Shown here: positions 55,735-64,000 of the stretch, piece by piece
Position numbering within the stretch: the stretch's first letter is position 1
How the letters are laid out: every line of letters begins with the position of its first letter
Assembly (NCBI GenBank): GCA_944372355.1
Contig: CALVYS010000003.1
Span: 28-64,027, forward strand
Direction of reading: 5' to 3'
From: an uncultured Clostridia bacterium
Lineage (GTDB): Bacteria; Bacillota; Clostridia; Christensenellales; UBA1242
Length of the DNA stretch: 64,000 nucleotides
Position numbers and translations under genes: made by a program
Notes under the pieces: generated by a model
Told to the model about the DNA's origin: nothing
What the model saw: only the letters and a program-made list of their open reading frames with translations
Databases searched by the model: none

Positions 55735-56502
55735 GTCATCTTCGTTGAATTCGTAATAATCCTTGTGTCCTTTTCGAGAAAAAATTCTGCGTCGTGAGGT
55801 TTTGAGTTTTTTGGAAGGGCTCAGCAGCAAATACAAAATCACAAGGCATGGCAGGCTCACGGCCAGTATGATTATCGCGATCACCGTGTCGCTCAAACCT
55901 CCATTTTCTGGCGTTTGCGAAGAAAATTGCAACTCGCCTGTGATTTCAGGAAAGTATTCTGTGTTTTCTGTAAAACCATCAAAGATGTCACAATAATATG
56001 AAAAAGCATAGCCAAAAGTGCTGACCCCATCGATGGTCGCATTGCAGTAGTACCAGATATTTGTCGAGTTTGGAAAAAGTTCTTGACCAGTTGTGGTGCC
56101 GTAAAGGGTGTATTCCTCCAAAAAGTCAAGTTTTCCAAGTGTCGCACTCGAATTTGTTGGTTGAGACTGCAAATTGAGGCCGTTGTCATTAAAGTTTCTA
56201 AAAACTTCGTTAGGGTAAGGTGAAGTTGGAACTCCGTCCATTGGTGTCACTTCATCTTTTTTTACGTAGCCATACAGGTCCAGATATTTGGCGCGATAAA
56301 AATCTCCCTCTTGGCCTATCAGCAAAACAAAATAGGTGTTTGGCAGGGTGAAAAGCGAGCTGGATTCGCTTGCCGAGGAGTAAAAGTTTGCTTGGTTTAA
56401 AACTTTGGCATAGTATGTTAAAGTTTCCTCTGCTTTGACAGAGATGGAAGGCAGAGAGGGGGTTAGAAATGCAATCAACAGCAAAAACACTAATTTTTTC
56501 AT
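55729..56502 (-). CDS. Exported, C-terminally membrane-anchored protein with SH3b-like repeats
   Basis: Signal peptide (LLLIAFLTPSLPSISVKA). Two SH3b-like segments are present (e.g. GDFYRAKYLDLYGYVKKDEV), followed by a C-terminal TM and a basic tail. Confidence 0.6.
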   Translation of the reverse strand: MKKLVFLLLIAFLTPSLPSISVKAEETLTYYAKVLNQANFYSSASESSSLFTLPNTYFVLLIGQEGDFYRAKYLDLYGYVKKDEVTPMDGVPTSPYPNEVFRNFNDNGLNLQSQPTNSSATLGKLDFLEEYTLYGTTTGQELFPNSTNIWYYCNATIDGVSTFGYAFSYYCDIFDGFTENTEYFPEITGELQFSSQTPENGGLSDTVIAIIILAVSLPCLVILYLLLSPSKKLKTSRRRIFSRKGHKDYYEFNEDDL

Positions 56503-56566
56503 GGCTATATTTTAAACTCTGTCAGTTTGAAAATTAAAAGATTATTCTGTCAATTATGGAGGAGAG

Positions 56567-58000
56567 ATGTCAGAATTACTAGAAAAGCTTAAACTTTTAG
56601 AGCGTGAGCTCGAACGCCGGCGTCCCAATGCCAATCTAGCAAACTACAACACAGGTGCAAAAGTGCATTTAAAGCAACTGGAATTTCACAAATGCAAAAA
56701 GCGCAACCGCTGGGTGTTTGGTGGAAACAGAAGTGGGAAGAGCGAATGTGGAGCGGTGGAGGTCGTATATATGGCTCGCGGCATACACCCATATCGCGAA
56801 AATCGCAAAAATGTTTCTGGTTGGGTGGTCAGTCTTTCAAAACAGGTGCAAAGAGATGTCGTTCAGCAAAAGATCTTGCATTATTTGAACCCAGCTTGGA
56901 TCGAAAAGGTTGTGATGCAAAGCGGAAGTGAGGGTTCGCCGGAGACAGGAATCATCGACTTTATTTTGATAAAAAATGTGTTTGGAGGGCTGAGTAAAAT
57001 TGGCTTTAAAAGTTGTGATCAGGGTCGAGACAAATTCCAGGGCACTTCACTTGATTTTGTCTGGTTTGACGAGGAGCCTCCGTTTGAAATCTATCGTGAA
57101 TGTCAAATGCGTGTGTTGGACAGAAGAGGGGATATTTTTGGCACTATGACGCCGCTTAAAGGATTGAGCTGGGTTTACAATGAAATATATTTAAACGCCT
57201 CCGGTTCACCTGAAATTTGGTGTGAACATATGCAGTGGGAGGACAACCCTTTCATTTCAAAAGAGGAAATCGCATTGCTTTCACAAACCATGTCGGAGGA
57301 AGAGCTTGAATCGCGAAAATATGGCAAGTTCACCGCTCTTGGCGGCTTGGTGTATCCAGAATTTGATCCAAACATTCATGTTATAGAGCCTTTTGAAGTG
57401 CCACAGGAATGGCAGGACAACATTTCGATTGACCCTGGGCTTAACAATCCGCTTTCCGCACATTTTTATGCCGTGGATTATGATGGAAATGTGTTTGTGG
57501 TGGCGGAACATTTTGAAGCCAAAAAAGATGTCGCATACCATGCAAAAAAGATCAAAGCACTGGCCGAAAAGTTGAATTGGCACTATGCTCCAAATGGCAT
57601 GCTTTCTGCTTTGATCGACAGCGCTGCCTCGCAGCGCACGCTTGCCAGCCAAAAAAGTGTGGTCGACCTTTTCTATGAGCACGGAATTTTGACCAATCCC
57701 AAAGTGAACAAGGACATGTTTTCTGGAATTTCCACAGTCAAGCGCTATTTGAAAGACGGTGAGGGAAAAACACATCTTTTCATATTTAAAAATTGCGTAA
57801 ATCTTATTCAAGAATTTAAAACCTATTTCTGGGGAGATGCGGACTTGCCTATTAAAAAAGATGACCATGCGTTGGACGAGCTTCGATATTATCTCATGAC
57901 AAAACCTTCGCCAAATCACTCATTGCCAGAAAAGAGTGCGATAGAAAAGGACAAGGAACGGTTGATCAGAAAATTGCGCTTGAAAAACAAAATGTTTTGA
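56567..58000 (+). CDS. Phage terminase large subunit (intact, orphan; PBSX/XtmB-like)
   Basis: Walker A FGGNRSGKS, Walker B LDFVWFDEEP, coupling motif GTMTP. Nuclease acidic residues sit in ISIDPG, LIDSAA and KKDDHALDELRY. 477 aa with a GGAGGAG RBS. Confidence 0.85.
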   Translation: MSELLEKLKLLERELERRRPNANLANYNTGAKVHLKQLEFHKCKKRNRWVFGGNRSGKSECGAVEVVYMARGIHPYRENRKNVSGWVVSLSKQVQRDVVQQKILHYLNPAWIEKVVMQSGSEGSPETGIIDFILIKNVFGGLSKIGFKSCDQGRDKFQGTSLDFVWFDEEPPFEIYRECQMRVLDRRGDIFGTMTPLKGLSWVYNEIYLNASGSPEIWCEHMQWEDNPFISKEEIALLSQTMSEEELESRKYGKFTALGGLVYPEFDPNIHVIEPFEVPQEWQDNISIDPGLNNPLSAHFYAVDYDGNVFVVAEHFEAKKDVAYHAKKIKALAEKLNWHYAPNGMLSALIDSAASQRTLASQKSVVDLFYEHGILTNPKVNKDMFSGISTVKRYLKDGEGKTHLFIFKNCVNLIQEFKTYFWGDADLPIKKDDHALDELRYYLMTKPSPNHSLPEKSAIEKDKERLIRKLRLKNKMF

Positions 58001-58068
58001 AATCTTGCAACAATAAAAAATTGTTTGGAAAAATAAATAAAATATGTTAAATTTAACATAGTTAATAT

Positions 58069-60447
58069 ATGAAAAAGTTTTACGCATTCGTTTTAACATT
58101 TTCACTTGCTCTTTTGGCGCTGACTCCACTTTCTTTGGAGATGGGTTCTGCACGCGCCGATGATGTGAGCTCAGTTGAAATCAGCTCAGCGGCAGATTTG
58201 CAAGATGTTGCAGTTGCAGTCAATGGTGGCACTGATGATTATTCTGGCAAGGTTTTGACTTTGACAGATGACATAACTATCACTGGAAACTGGACGCCTA
58301 TTGGCAGCGTCTCAAATCCATTTAGGGGCAGTTTAGATGGGGCAGGCCATTCGATAAACATTGAAAACGCCAATGTCAGCACTGAGGCCTATCAAGGGCT
58401 TTTTGGTTATGCAGAAGGCGGAGAGTTTAAAAACGTGCAGCTTGTTGGTCAAATCATGTCCGATGCCAATGGCGACTTGACAACAACTTACGCCACTGAT
58501 CAGATCTTTGCAGGAATGCTGATGGGCTATGGCAGCAATGTCGTGATTGAAAGCTGTGAGCTTTTAAGTGAGCAAAACCAAACGGTGAAGATCAGAAACA
58601 TTTCAACCATTGGCGCACTTGCAGGAAAGCTTTCAAGCTCCACGGTAAAAAATGTGGTCTCATATGCAAATCTAAGTTTTGATTATGAACTTGCAAACAC
58701 CTGCCGAGTAAGAATTGGCGGCGTGATTGGCGAAGCTGAATATGTCAACATTGAAAAATTGGGTTCGTTTGGAACGACAAATCTTACATACAGTTCAGTC
58801 ATTTCGCCACAAGTTGCATCAACTTTCTATGTTGGTGGAATGATTGGAGATTTAAAAGGTGGCAGCATCATTGACAGCGTGCAGGGCTCTGCGGTTGGCA
58901 TAACAAGCAGAAATGATGTGGACAGCTATGTTTGCGGCTCGATTTTTGGAATCATTACAAACAGTCCAGCAAATGGCAACCTTCAATCGATTGCTTATGC
59001 TCCAAGCGGCACCGGATCGGAGCAACTTGGCATCTGCGGTGAAGGAGAGTTGCAAAGCGCTGATTACATAGTTCCGGTTTCTGAACAAGTGATCTTTACA
59101 ACTTCATTTTACACAAATGGCACTCAGGATTTTGCTTGGAAACAAGACGCTGAAATCTGGGATTTTGAAAGCACCTGGGTGATCGTTTCAGAAAATTCGA
59201 GTCAGCTTCGTCTGCAAATCTTCCAATTTTTTGACATAACACTCTCTGGCGCAGTGGATTCCAACAATTTGCTCGTCAGCCTCTCGTCTCAAACACAAAA
59301 TGAGCGCACTCAATATGGCAAGCAAAAACAGTTGCAGGCAAGGTTCCAGGGCGAAAATGAAGGCATTTTGGTGGACAATTCAAAATATTATGAAATCTCC
59401 GAAATTCGCCGAAACGGCAGCTTGTTAAGTTATGTCACCTTTGAAGAGGGCCCATCTGGTGAAATGATTTGGCAGGGTGAAGATGTGACTCTGACAAAAA
59501 CTCAACAGGCAGGCTCAACAGTCTACACTTTGACAGTGACAGCTTCCAGTGCGACTGAGGGCGAGTATTCCTTCGTACTTTCGCCAATCAACTATCCAGC
59601 ATACATCGTTGCAGGGCAGCTTCAAGACGGAACAATTCAAACCGATGCAAATGGTGGAGTGAGGTATCGCGGAAACGCTGATGAAAATGAATCCATCATT
59701 CGCTCGCTTTACAAAGGCAACACGATCGAGGTTGAGGCCATAGGTCATTCAACCTATGCTTTCGGTGGTTGGACGCTTTATTATTTAAATTCACAAGGTG
59801 ATGTCTCTTACAATGGGCAAAGATGGTCCGCTGCGTCAAGCGATCTGTTTGAAAGCACTGCAAATCCACTTTCAATCACCTTTGGAGGCACCAACACTTC
59901 TGAAACTGCATTCAACCAAACCTTCTTGCTTGTTGCAAGTTTTGTCAGTGATCCTTGCACGTTGACTTTCAGTTATGATTCAAACTTTATCACCAGAGTT
60001 GAAGTCAATGGACAAAATGTGAGCGGCAGTGGAACTTCGGTCATCTTAGACAAAAATCAAAACGTGACATTGAGGATTTACATGAGCGAAAACGCCTCGT
60101 TAAATGCCGACAACTTGCTCTCTTCGATTAGAAGTCTGTTCGTTTCAGATTCTTCAAGATTGAATCACGAAGTGTTCAACGATCTTGACGGCACAGGGCA
60201 GGTGGTGCATGAATTCACATTCTCAACTTCTGCAATAAACTATGCCACCTCATCTCAGTTCAACCTGAATTTGCGTGCAACTGAGGGTGTAGATGATGGC
60301 CAACCTGACAACACGATTTGGATTGTGGTTGGCGTTGTTGGCGGTGTGATCTTGCTTGCAGCGATTGGTTTGACCGTTTGGCTTGTTCTCAGACGCAAAG
60401 CGCTCAACAACACACGAAATGATGATTACAAGCGTTATTACTACTAA
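58069..60447 (+). CDS. GLUG-motif surface protein with C-terminal TM anchor
   Basis: Signal peptide ending SARA-DD. NPFRGSLDGAGHSINIEN..YQGLFGY and repeated [IV]GG[VM]IG segments, then beta-rich domains, then the TM IWIVVGVVGGVILLAAIGLTVWLVL followed by RRK. Confidence 0.75.
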   Translation: MKKFYAFVLTFSLALLALTPLSLEMGSARADDVSSVEISSAADLQDVAVAVNGGTDDYSGKVLTLTDDITITGNWTPIGSVSNPFRGSLDGAGHSINIENANVSTEAYQGLFGYAEGGEFKNVQLVGQIMSDANGDLTTTYATDQIFAGMLMGYGSNVVIESCELLSEQNQTVKIRNISTIGALAGKLSSSTVKNVVSYANLSFDYELANTCRVRIGGVIGEAEYVNIEKLGSFGTTNLTYSSVISPQVASTFYVGGMIGDLKGGSIIDSVQGSAVGITSRNDVDSYVCGSIFGIITNSPANGNLQSIAYAPSGTGSEQLGICGEGELQSADYIVPVSEQVIFTTSFYTNGTQDFAWKQDAEIWDFESTWVIVSENSSQLRLQIFQFFDITLSGAVDSNNLLVSLSSQTQNERTQYGKQKQLQARFQGENEGILVDNSKYYEISEIRRNGSLLSYVTFEEGPSGEMIWQGEDVTLTKTQQAGSTVYTLTVTASSATEGEYSFVLSPINYPAYIVAGQLQDGTIQTDANGGVRYRGNADENESIIRSLYKGNTIEVEAIGHSTYAFGGWTLYYLNSQGDVSYNGQRWSAASSDLFESTANPLSITFGGTNTSETAFNQTFLLVASFVSDPCTLTFSYDSNFITRVEVNGQNVSGSGTSVILDKNQNVTLRIYMSENASLNADNLLSSIRSLFVSDSSRLNHEVFNDLDGTGQVVHEFTFSTSAINYATSSQFNLNLRATEGVDDGQPDNTIWIVVGVVGGVILLAAIGLTVWLVLRRKALNNTRNDDYKRYYY

Positions 60448-60506
60448 AATTTAAGTTTTTACATATAAAAACATTAAATTATTAAAAAAAAGACTGGATT
60501 TTAAAG

Positions 60507-60537
60507 AAACTCTATCAAATTAAGATAGAGTTTTTTT
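60507..60537. terminator. Bidirectional terminator
   Basis: AAACTCTATC-aaattaa-GATAGAGTTT followed by a T-run, between convergent genes. Confidence 0.8.
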
Positions 60538-60557
60538 GTTTGAAATGATGGTGTTGG

Positions 60558-61751
60558 TCATTCTTGAATATGGTTTTTGCGGTTGATAAAGTCCGCCTTT
60601 TCACTTGCGCGGTAGATCGCATCGTCGCCATATTTTGCGTTGATTTTTTCGATTCCCAAACTTGCAGCCTCTTGCTTTTCATCAAAAAAACTCAACTGTC
60701 GGCTTTTGTCGATTTTTTGGAGGTTTGAACAGCGAAGTCTTACAGCTCTGATTGGGACTGAATAGTCAAAAAACGAATCAAGTAAAATCATAGTTTCTTT
60801 GATCAGCACATCAGCGGCAAAACAAGGGGCGATGGTTTTGGATTTTCTGTGCTTCTCAAAATTATTATCCTTCAAAGTGATTGTCAAAGTTTTTGCTTCA
60901 AAGCCTGCCTGAATCAGCCTATGTGAAACCTTTTCTGCCAAAAATGCCACCACCTTTTCAATCTCTTCTCGGGAGGTGATGTCCTTGATGGTCGTTGTGC
61001 CATTCCCGATGCTTTTTGGCGGCACCAGCGTGAAATAGTTTTGCACCGGATCCTCTTCGCTTCCAAGCAGATTGCGTTTTAAGGCGAGGCCGGTTTTTCC
61101 CATCAGGTGAGCGATGTGTTGATCCTCCAAACTGCAAAAGTCGCCGATGGTTTGAACGTTCATAAGCATAAACTTTCTCTCCAACTTTCTTCCAACTCCG
61201 ACGATGGAGCTGAGAGACAGTGGAAACACCAACTCCTTAAAATGCTGCTTTGAAATTTCGGTCACGGCGTCGGGCTTTTTTAAGTCGGAGCCCAATTTGG
61301 CATAAATCTTGTTGAAGGAAACTCCCACTGAAACTGTAAAACCAAATTCTTTTTTGACTCGCTCGCGAATCTCATTTGCGATTTGCACTCCGGTTTTGTT
61401 GAGCACTTTGAGAGAGGGTGTTACATCAAGCCAACATTCGTCCAAACCCAGTGGCTCGACAAGATCGGTGTAGTCCAAATAAATCTTGTGAAGTTTTTGT
61501 GAAATTTCTTCGTAAACAGAGTAGTGTGGTGCAAGGCAAACAAGCTCCGGGCAAAATTGCTTGGCTTCAAAAATGCTTTGTCCGGTTTTCACGCCATAGG
61601 ATTTTGCAATTTCATTTTTTGCCAAAATTATGCCTGTGCGCTTTTCAGGATTGCCAGTCACTGCCACTGGTTTGCCGGCAAGTTCTGGCCTGGTTGCGCA
61701 CTCTACGGAGGCGAAAAAATTGTTGACATCTGAATGCAAAATCGTTCTCAT
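60558..61751 (-). CDS. dinB: DNA polymerase IV (Y-family)
   Basis: ILHSDVNNFFASVE, SLDECWLDVT and SVGVSFNKIYAKL motifs; 397 aa. Confidence 0.92.
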   Translation of the reverse strand: MRTILHSDVNNFFASVECATRPELAGKPVAVTGNPEKRTGIILAKNEIAKSYGVKTGQSIFEAKQFCPELVCLAPHYSVYEEISQKLHKIYLDYTDLVEPLGLDECWLDVTPSLKVLNKTGVQIANEIRERVKKEFGFTVSVGVSFNKIYAKLGSDLKKPDAVTEISKQHFKELVFPLSLSSIVGVGRKLERKFMLMNVQTIGDFCSLEDQHIAHLMGKTGLALKRNLLGSEEDPVQNYFTLVPPKSIGNGTTTIKDITSREEIEKVVAFLAEKVSHRLIQAGFEAKTLTITLKDNNFEKHRKSKTIAPCFAADVLIKETMILLDSFFDYSVPIRAVRLRCSNLQKIDKSRQLSFFDEKQEAASLGIEKINAKYGDDAIYRASEKADFINRKNHIQE

Positions 61752-61817
61752 TTATTTGCTTTGCTCTTTTAAAAAATGATATAATTAACTAGATTTTAGG
61801 CAAGACAAGGGGATTTT

Positions 61818-62510
61818 ATGCAGTTTTACAATTCATTTTGCATCACTAAAACTGAAAACGATTTTGCAAAAAATGCTGCGGCAGGTGTAAAACGGTTGGA
61901 TTGTTTGTGTGGAAACGCTGAATTTAGTGCTGCGATGTTTAAAAAATATGGATTTTTGGGCAGGTTGATCTTGCCAGCAAAGGTTGCGTTAAATCAAAAA
62001 AGTTTGCTTGCGGCCCAGGAGCTTGGTTATCCGATTTCGATTTTGGTAGACCTATTAGACGACGAGCAAACCATAAACAGAGTGGCGATGTTGGGCTTGC
62101 CAACCACAGTGATTTTGTATGAAAACCTCACTCGCACAGGAGAGATAAGCCAAAAATATGGAGGCAAAATGCCTGCCGAGGTGCTTGAAGATCTGGGGTT
62201 TTTAGACAGGGAATGCACGATCGTTGGAGGAATGTATGCCGACAAAGAGGATTTGCAAATCCTTGGTGACTACTCAGCCAGAATCGTGCTGTGTCCGCGG
62301 GCATTTGCTGAAAAGGGAGGCACTTTTGCCAATCTGAAACTTCTGAAAAAGTATGACATTAAGTTGAGCTTGGGGACTTTTGATTTTGAGGAGATCGACT
62401 TTTTAAGGGAAATCGAATTTTTGCGATTGACAAATTGCGCACTGCATGAAGCTCGCGATGCGGCAACCGAAAAAGAATTATTAAAACTTGCACAAGGAGA
62501 AAATTTATGA
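61818..62510 (+). CDS. Short amidohydrolase-like protein (C-terminal-half homologue, likely non-catalytic)
   Basis: LGFLDRECTIVGGMYADKEDLQILGDYSARIVLCPRAF..KLSLGT resembles the C-terminal half of MtaD/guanine-deaminase-type amidohydrolases. No N-terminal HxH. 230 aa. Confidence 0.5.
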   Translation: MQFYNSFCITKTENDFAKNAAAGVKRLDCLCGNAEFSAAMFKKYGFLGRLILPAKVALNQKSLLAAQELGYPISILVDLLDDEQTINRVAMLGLPTTVILYENLTRTGEISQKYGGKMPAEVLEDLGFLDRECTIVGGMYADKEDLQILGDYSARIVLCPRAFAEKGGTFANLKLLKKYDIKLSLGTFDFEEIDFLREIEFLRLTNCALHEARDAATEKELLKLAQGENL

Positions 62511-64000
62511 ACATATCAGAAAAACTTGCCAGCGAATTTGGCTTAAAACAGGCTTACAGCGAAAACATCATTTCGCTTTTAGATGAAGGCAACACGATTC
62601 CTTTTATCGCGCGTTACAGAAAAGAGATGCACGGCTCCTGCGATGACCAAGTGCTCAGAAATTTTGCTGACAGATTGAAATATCTTCGCAACCTTGCAGA
62701 GGAAAAGGAAAAAGTTCAGCGCACGATCACCGAACAGGGCAAATGGACTGAGGAGCTCCGCCAGGCGCTGGAAAATGCGCAAACGTTGACCGAAGTTGAA
62801 GACATTTACAGGCCTTACAAACCAAAACGCAAAACGCGCGCGTCAGTTGCCATTGCAAAGGGCTTGGAGCCGCTTGCTGATCTCATTCAAAAACAGTCGA
62901 AAAATGTCGATGTGTCAAAAGAGGCTGAGGCGTTTATAACCGAAGAAGTGCCAACTGTTGAAGATGCCATAAATGGTGCAAAAGACATCTTGGCAGAGCG
63001 CATAAGTGACGATGCAAATCTCAGAAAAACTCTTCGCGAGCTTTTATATGACAAAGCCACCATCGAGTGCACGCTGCTTGATGGCGAAAACAAACTCACG
63101 TATGAAACTTATTCCGGCTTTAAGCAAGAGGCCAAAAAACTTCCAAGCCACAGAGTGCTTGCAATCAATCGTGGAGAAAAAGAAAAGTGCTTGAAAGTCA
63201 ATGTTGTTGTCAATCCTGAGCTGATGCTCAAAGAGATTCGGTTTGCTTTCAAAAAGGAAAATCCTGCCACTGATGAAATAATTGAAAGCGTGATCACAGA
63301 TGCATATGATCGTCTGCTTTTTCCAGCTTTGGAGCGAGAACTCAGATCCACCTTAACCGATGCCGCATGTGAGCAGGCGATCAAGATGTTTGAGGTGAAC
63401 TTGAAGCCACTTTTAATGGAAGCTCCGCTTAAAAACAATATAATTTTGGGCTTGGATCCAGCTTACAGAACTGGGTGTAAAATTGCGGTTATCGATAAAA
63501 AAGGCGACGTGCTTGCAACCACTGTCATCTATCCAACTCCTCCTCAATCAAAAACTGAGGAGTCGATTGCAAAGTTAAAAGAGCTTATTGAAAAATACAA
63601 TGTCGACGTGATTTCAATTGGCAATGGAACTGCTTCAAAAGAGGCAGAGATCTTTGTTGCCGAGCTCATCAAACATGTCTCGCGTCCGGTTTCCTATGCG
63701 GTTGTCAGCGAGGCTGGTGCTTCGGTTTACAGCGCATCAAAACTTGGGGCGGAGGAATTTCCTGACTATGATGTTTCATTGCGCAGTGCAGTTTCGATTG
63801 CAAGAAGGTTGCAGGATCCGCTTGCTGAACTCATCAAAATCGATGTCAAAAGCATTGGTGTGGGGCAATATCAGCACGACATGCCTCAAAACAGATTGAC
63901 CGAAGTTTTAACTGGCGTTGTGGAAGATTGCGTCAACAGCGTGGGTGTGGATTTGAACACCGCTTCTCCAAGCCCGCTTTCCTATGTTTCTGGCTTGAAT
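62507..64000 (+). CDS. tex: Tex-like transcription accessory protein (S1 domain family), 3' end beyond window
   Basis: Absent from the ORF track because there is no stop in the window. Own translation from ATG 62507 (ATGA overlap) is MNISEKLASEFGLKQAYSENIISLLDEGNTIPFIARYRKEMHG...IYRPYKPKRKTRA, the canonical Tex N-terminus. Confidence 0.9.
   Translation, partial: MNISEKLASEFGLKQAYSENIISLLDEGNTIPFIARYRKEMHGSCDDQVLRNFADRLKYLRNLAEEKEKVQRTITEQGKWTEELRQALENAQTLTEVEDIYRPYKPKRKTRASVAIAKGLEPLADLIQKQSKNVDVSKEAEAFITEEVPTVEDAINGAKDILAERISDDANLRKTLRELLYDKATIECTLLDGENKLTYETYSGFKQEAKKLPSHRVLAINRGEKEKCLKVNVVVNPELMLKEIRFAFKKENPATDEIIESVITDAYDRLLFPALERELRSTLTDAACEQAIKMFEVNLKPLLMEAPLKNNIILGLDPAYRTGCKIAVIDKKGDVLATTVIYPTPPQSKTEESIAKLKELIEKYNVDVISIGNGTASKEAEIFVAELIKHVSRPVSYAVVSEAGASVYSASKLGAEEFPDYDVSLRSAVSIARRLQDPLAELIKIDVKSIGVGQYQHDMPQNRLTEVLTGVVEDCVNSVGVDLNTASPSPLSYVSGLN

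Overview
This is a chromosomal segment of a low-GC Gram-positive, Clostridia-like genome (GGAGG-type RBSs, rpsT-gpr adjacency). Most of the 64 kb is tightly packed housekeeping: pepF (5' partial), tadA, rlmH, rpsT, gpr, murI, groES/groEL, murG, a GyrB/ParE plus GyrA/ParC-type topoisomerase pair, gpmI, greA, RNase J, tsaE/tsaB, minD/minE-like, degV, dinB, tex (3' partial) and one tRNA-Leu(CAA). Two phage-derived loci sit inside this core. (i) A 7.5-kb promoter-to-terminator operon (10431-17968) encodes a TerS-like protein, portal, scaffold, major capsid, three neck/hub-sized proteins and two holin-like proteins. It has no large terminase, tail fibre, endolysin, integrase, repressor or replication genes. 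(ii) An orphan terminase large subunit with all motifs intact (56567-58000) lies 38.6 kb downstream, beside a phage late-regulator/sigma-region-4-like gene and a tRNA-Leu with a degenerate tandem copy. My main hypothesis, which is inference only, is a split, domesticated GTA-like particle system rather than a decaying prophage. Other points worth a second look:
- two nested four-way-junction DNA/RNA elements;
- a ferredoxin / pseudo-Ppx / divergent-MreB operon upstream of minDE, with no minC or mreCD;
- large membrane-anchored surface proteins (CBM-like and GLUG beta-helix types);
- a zinc-ribbon protein with a poly-Asp tail;
- a Cys-rich micro-protein.
I saw no CRISPR array, rRNA gene, transposase or integrase. 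All family calls come from motif recognition by eye; no searches were run.
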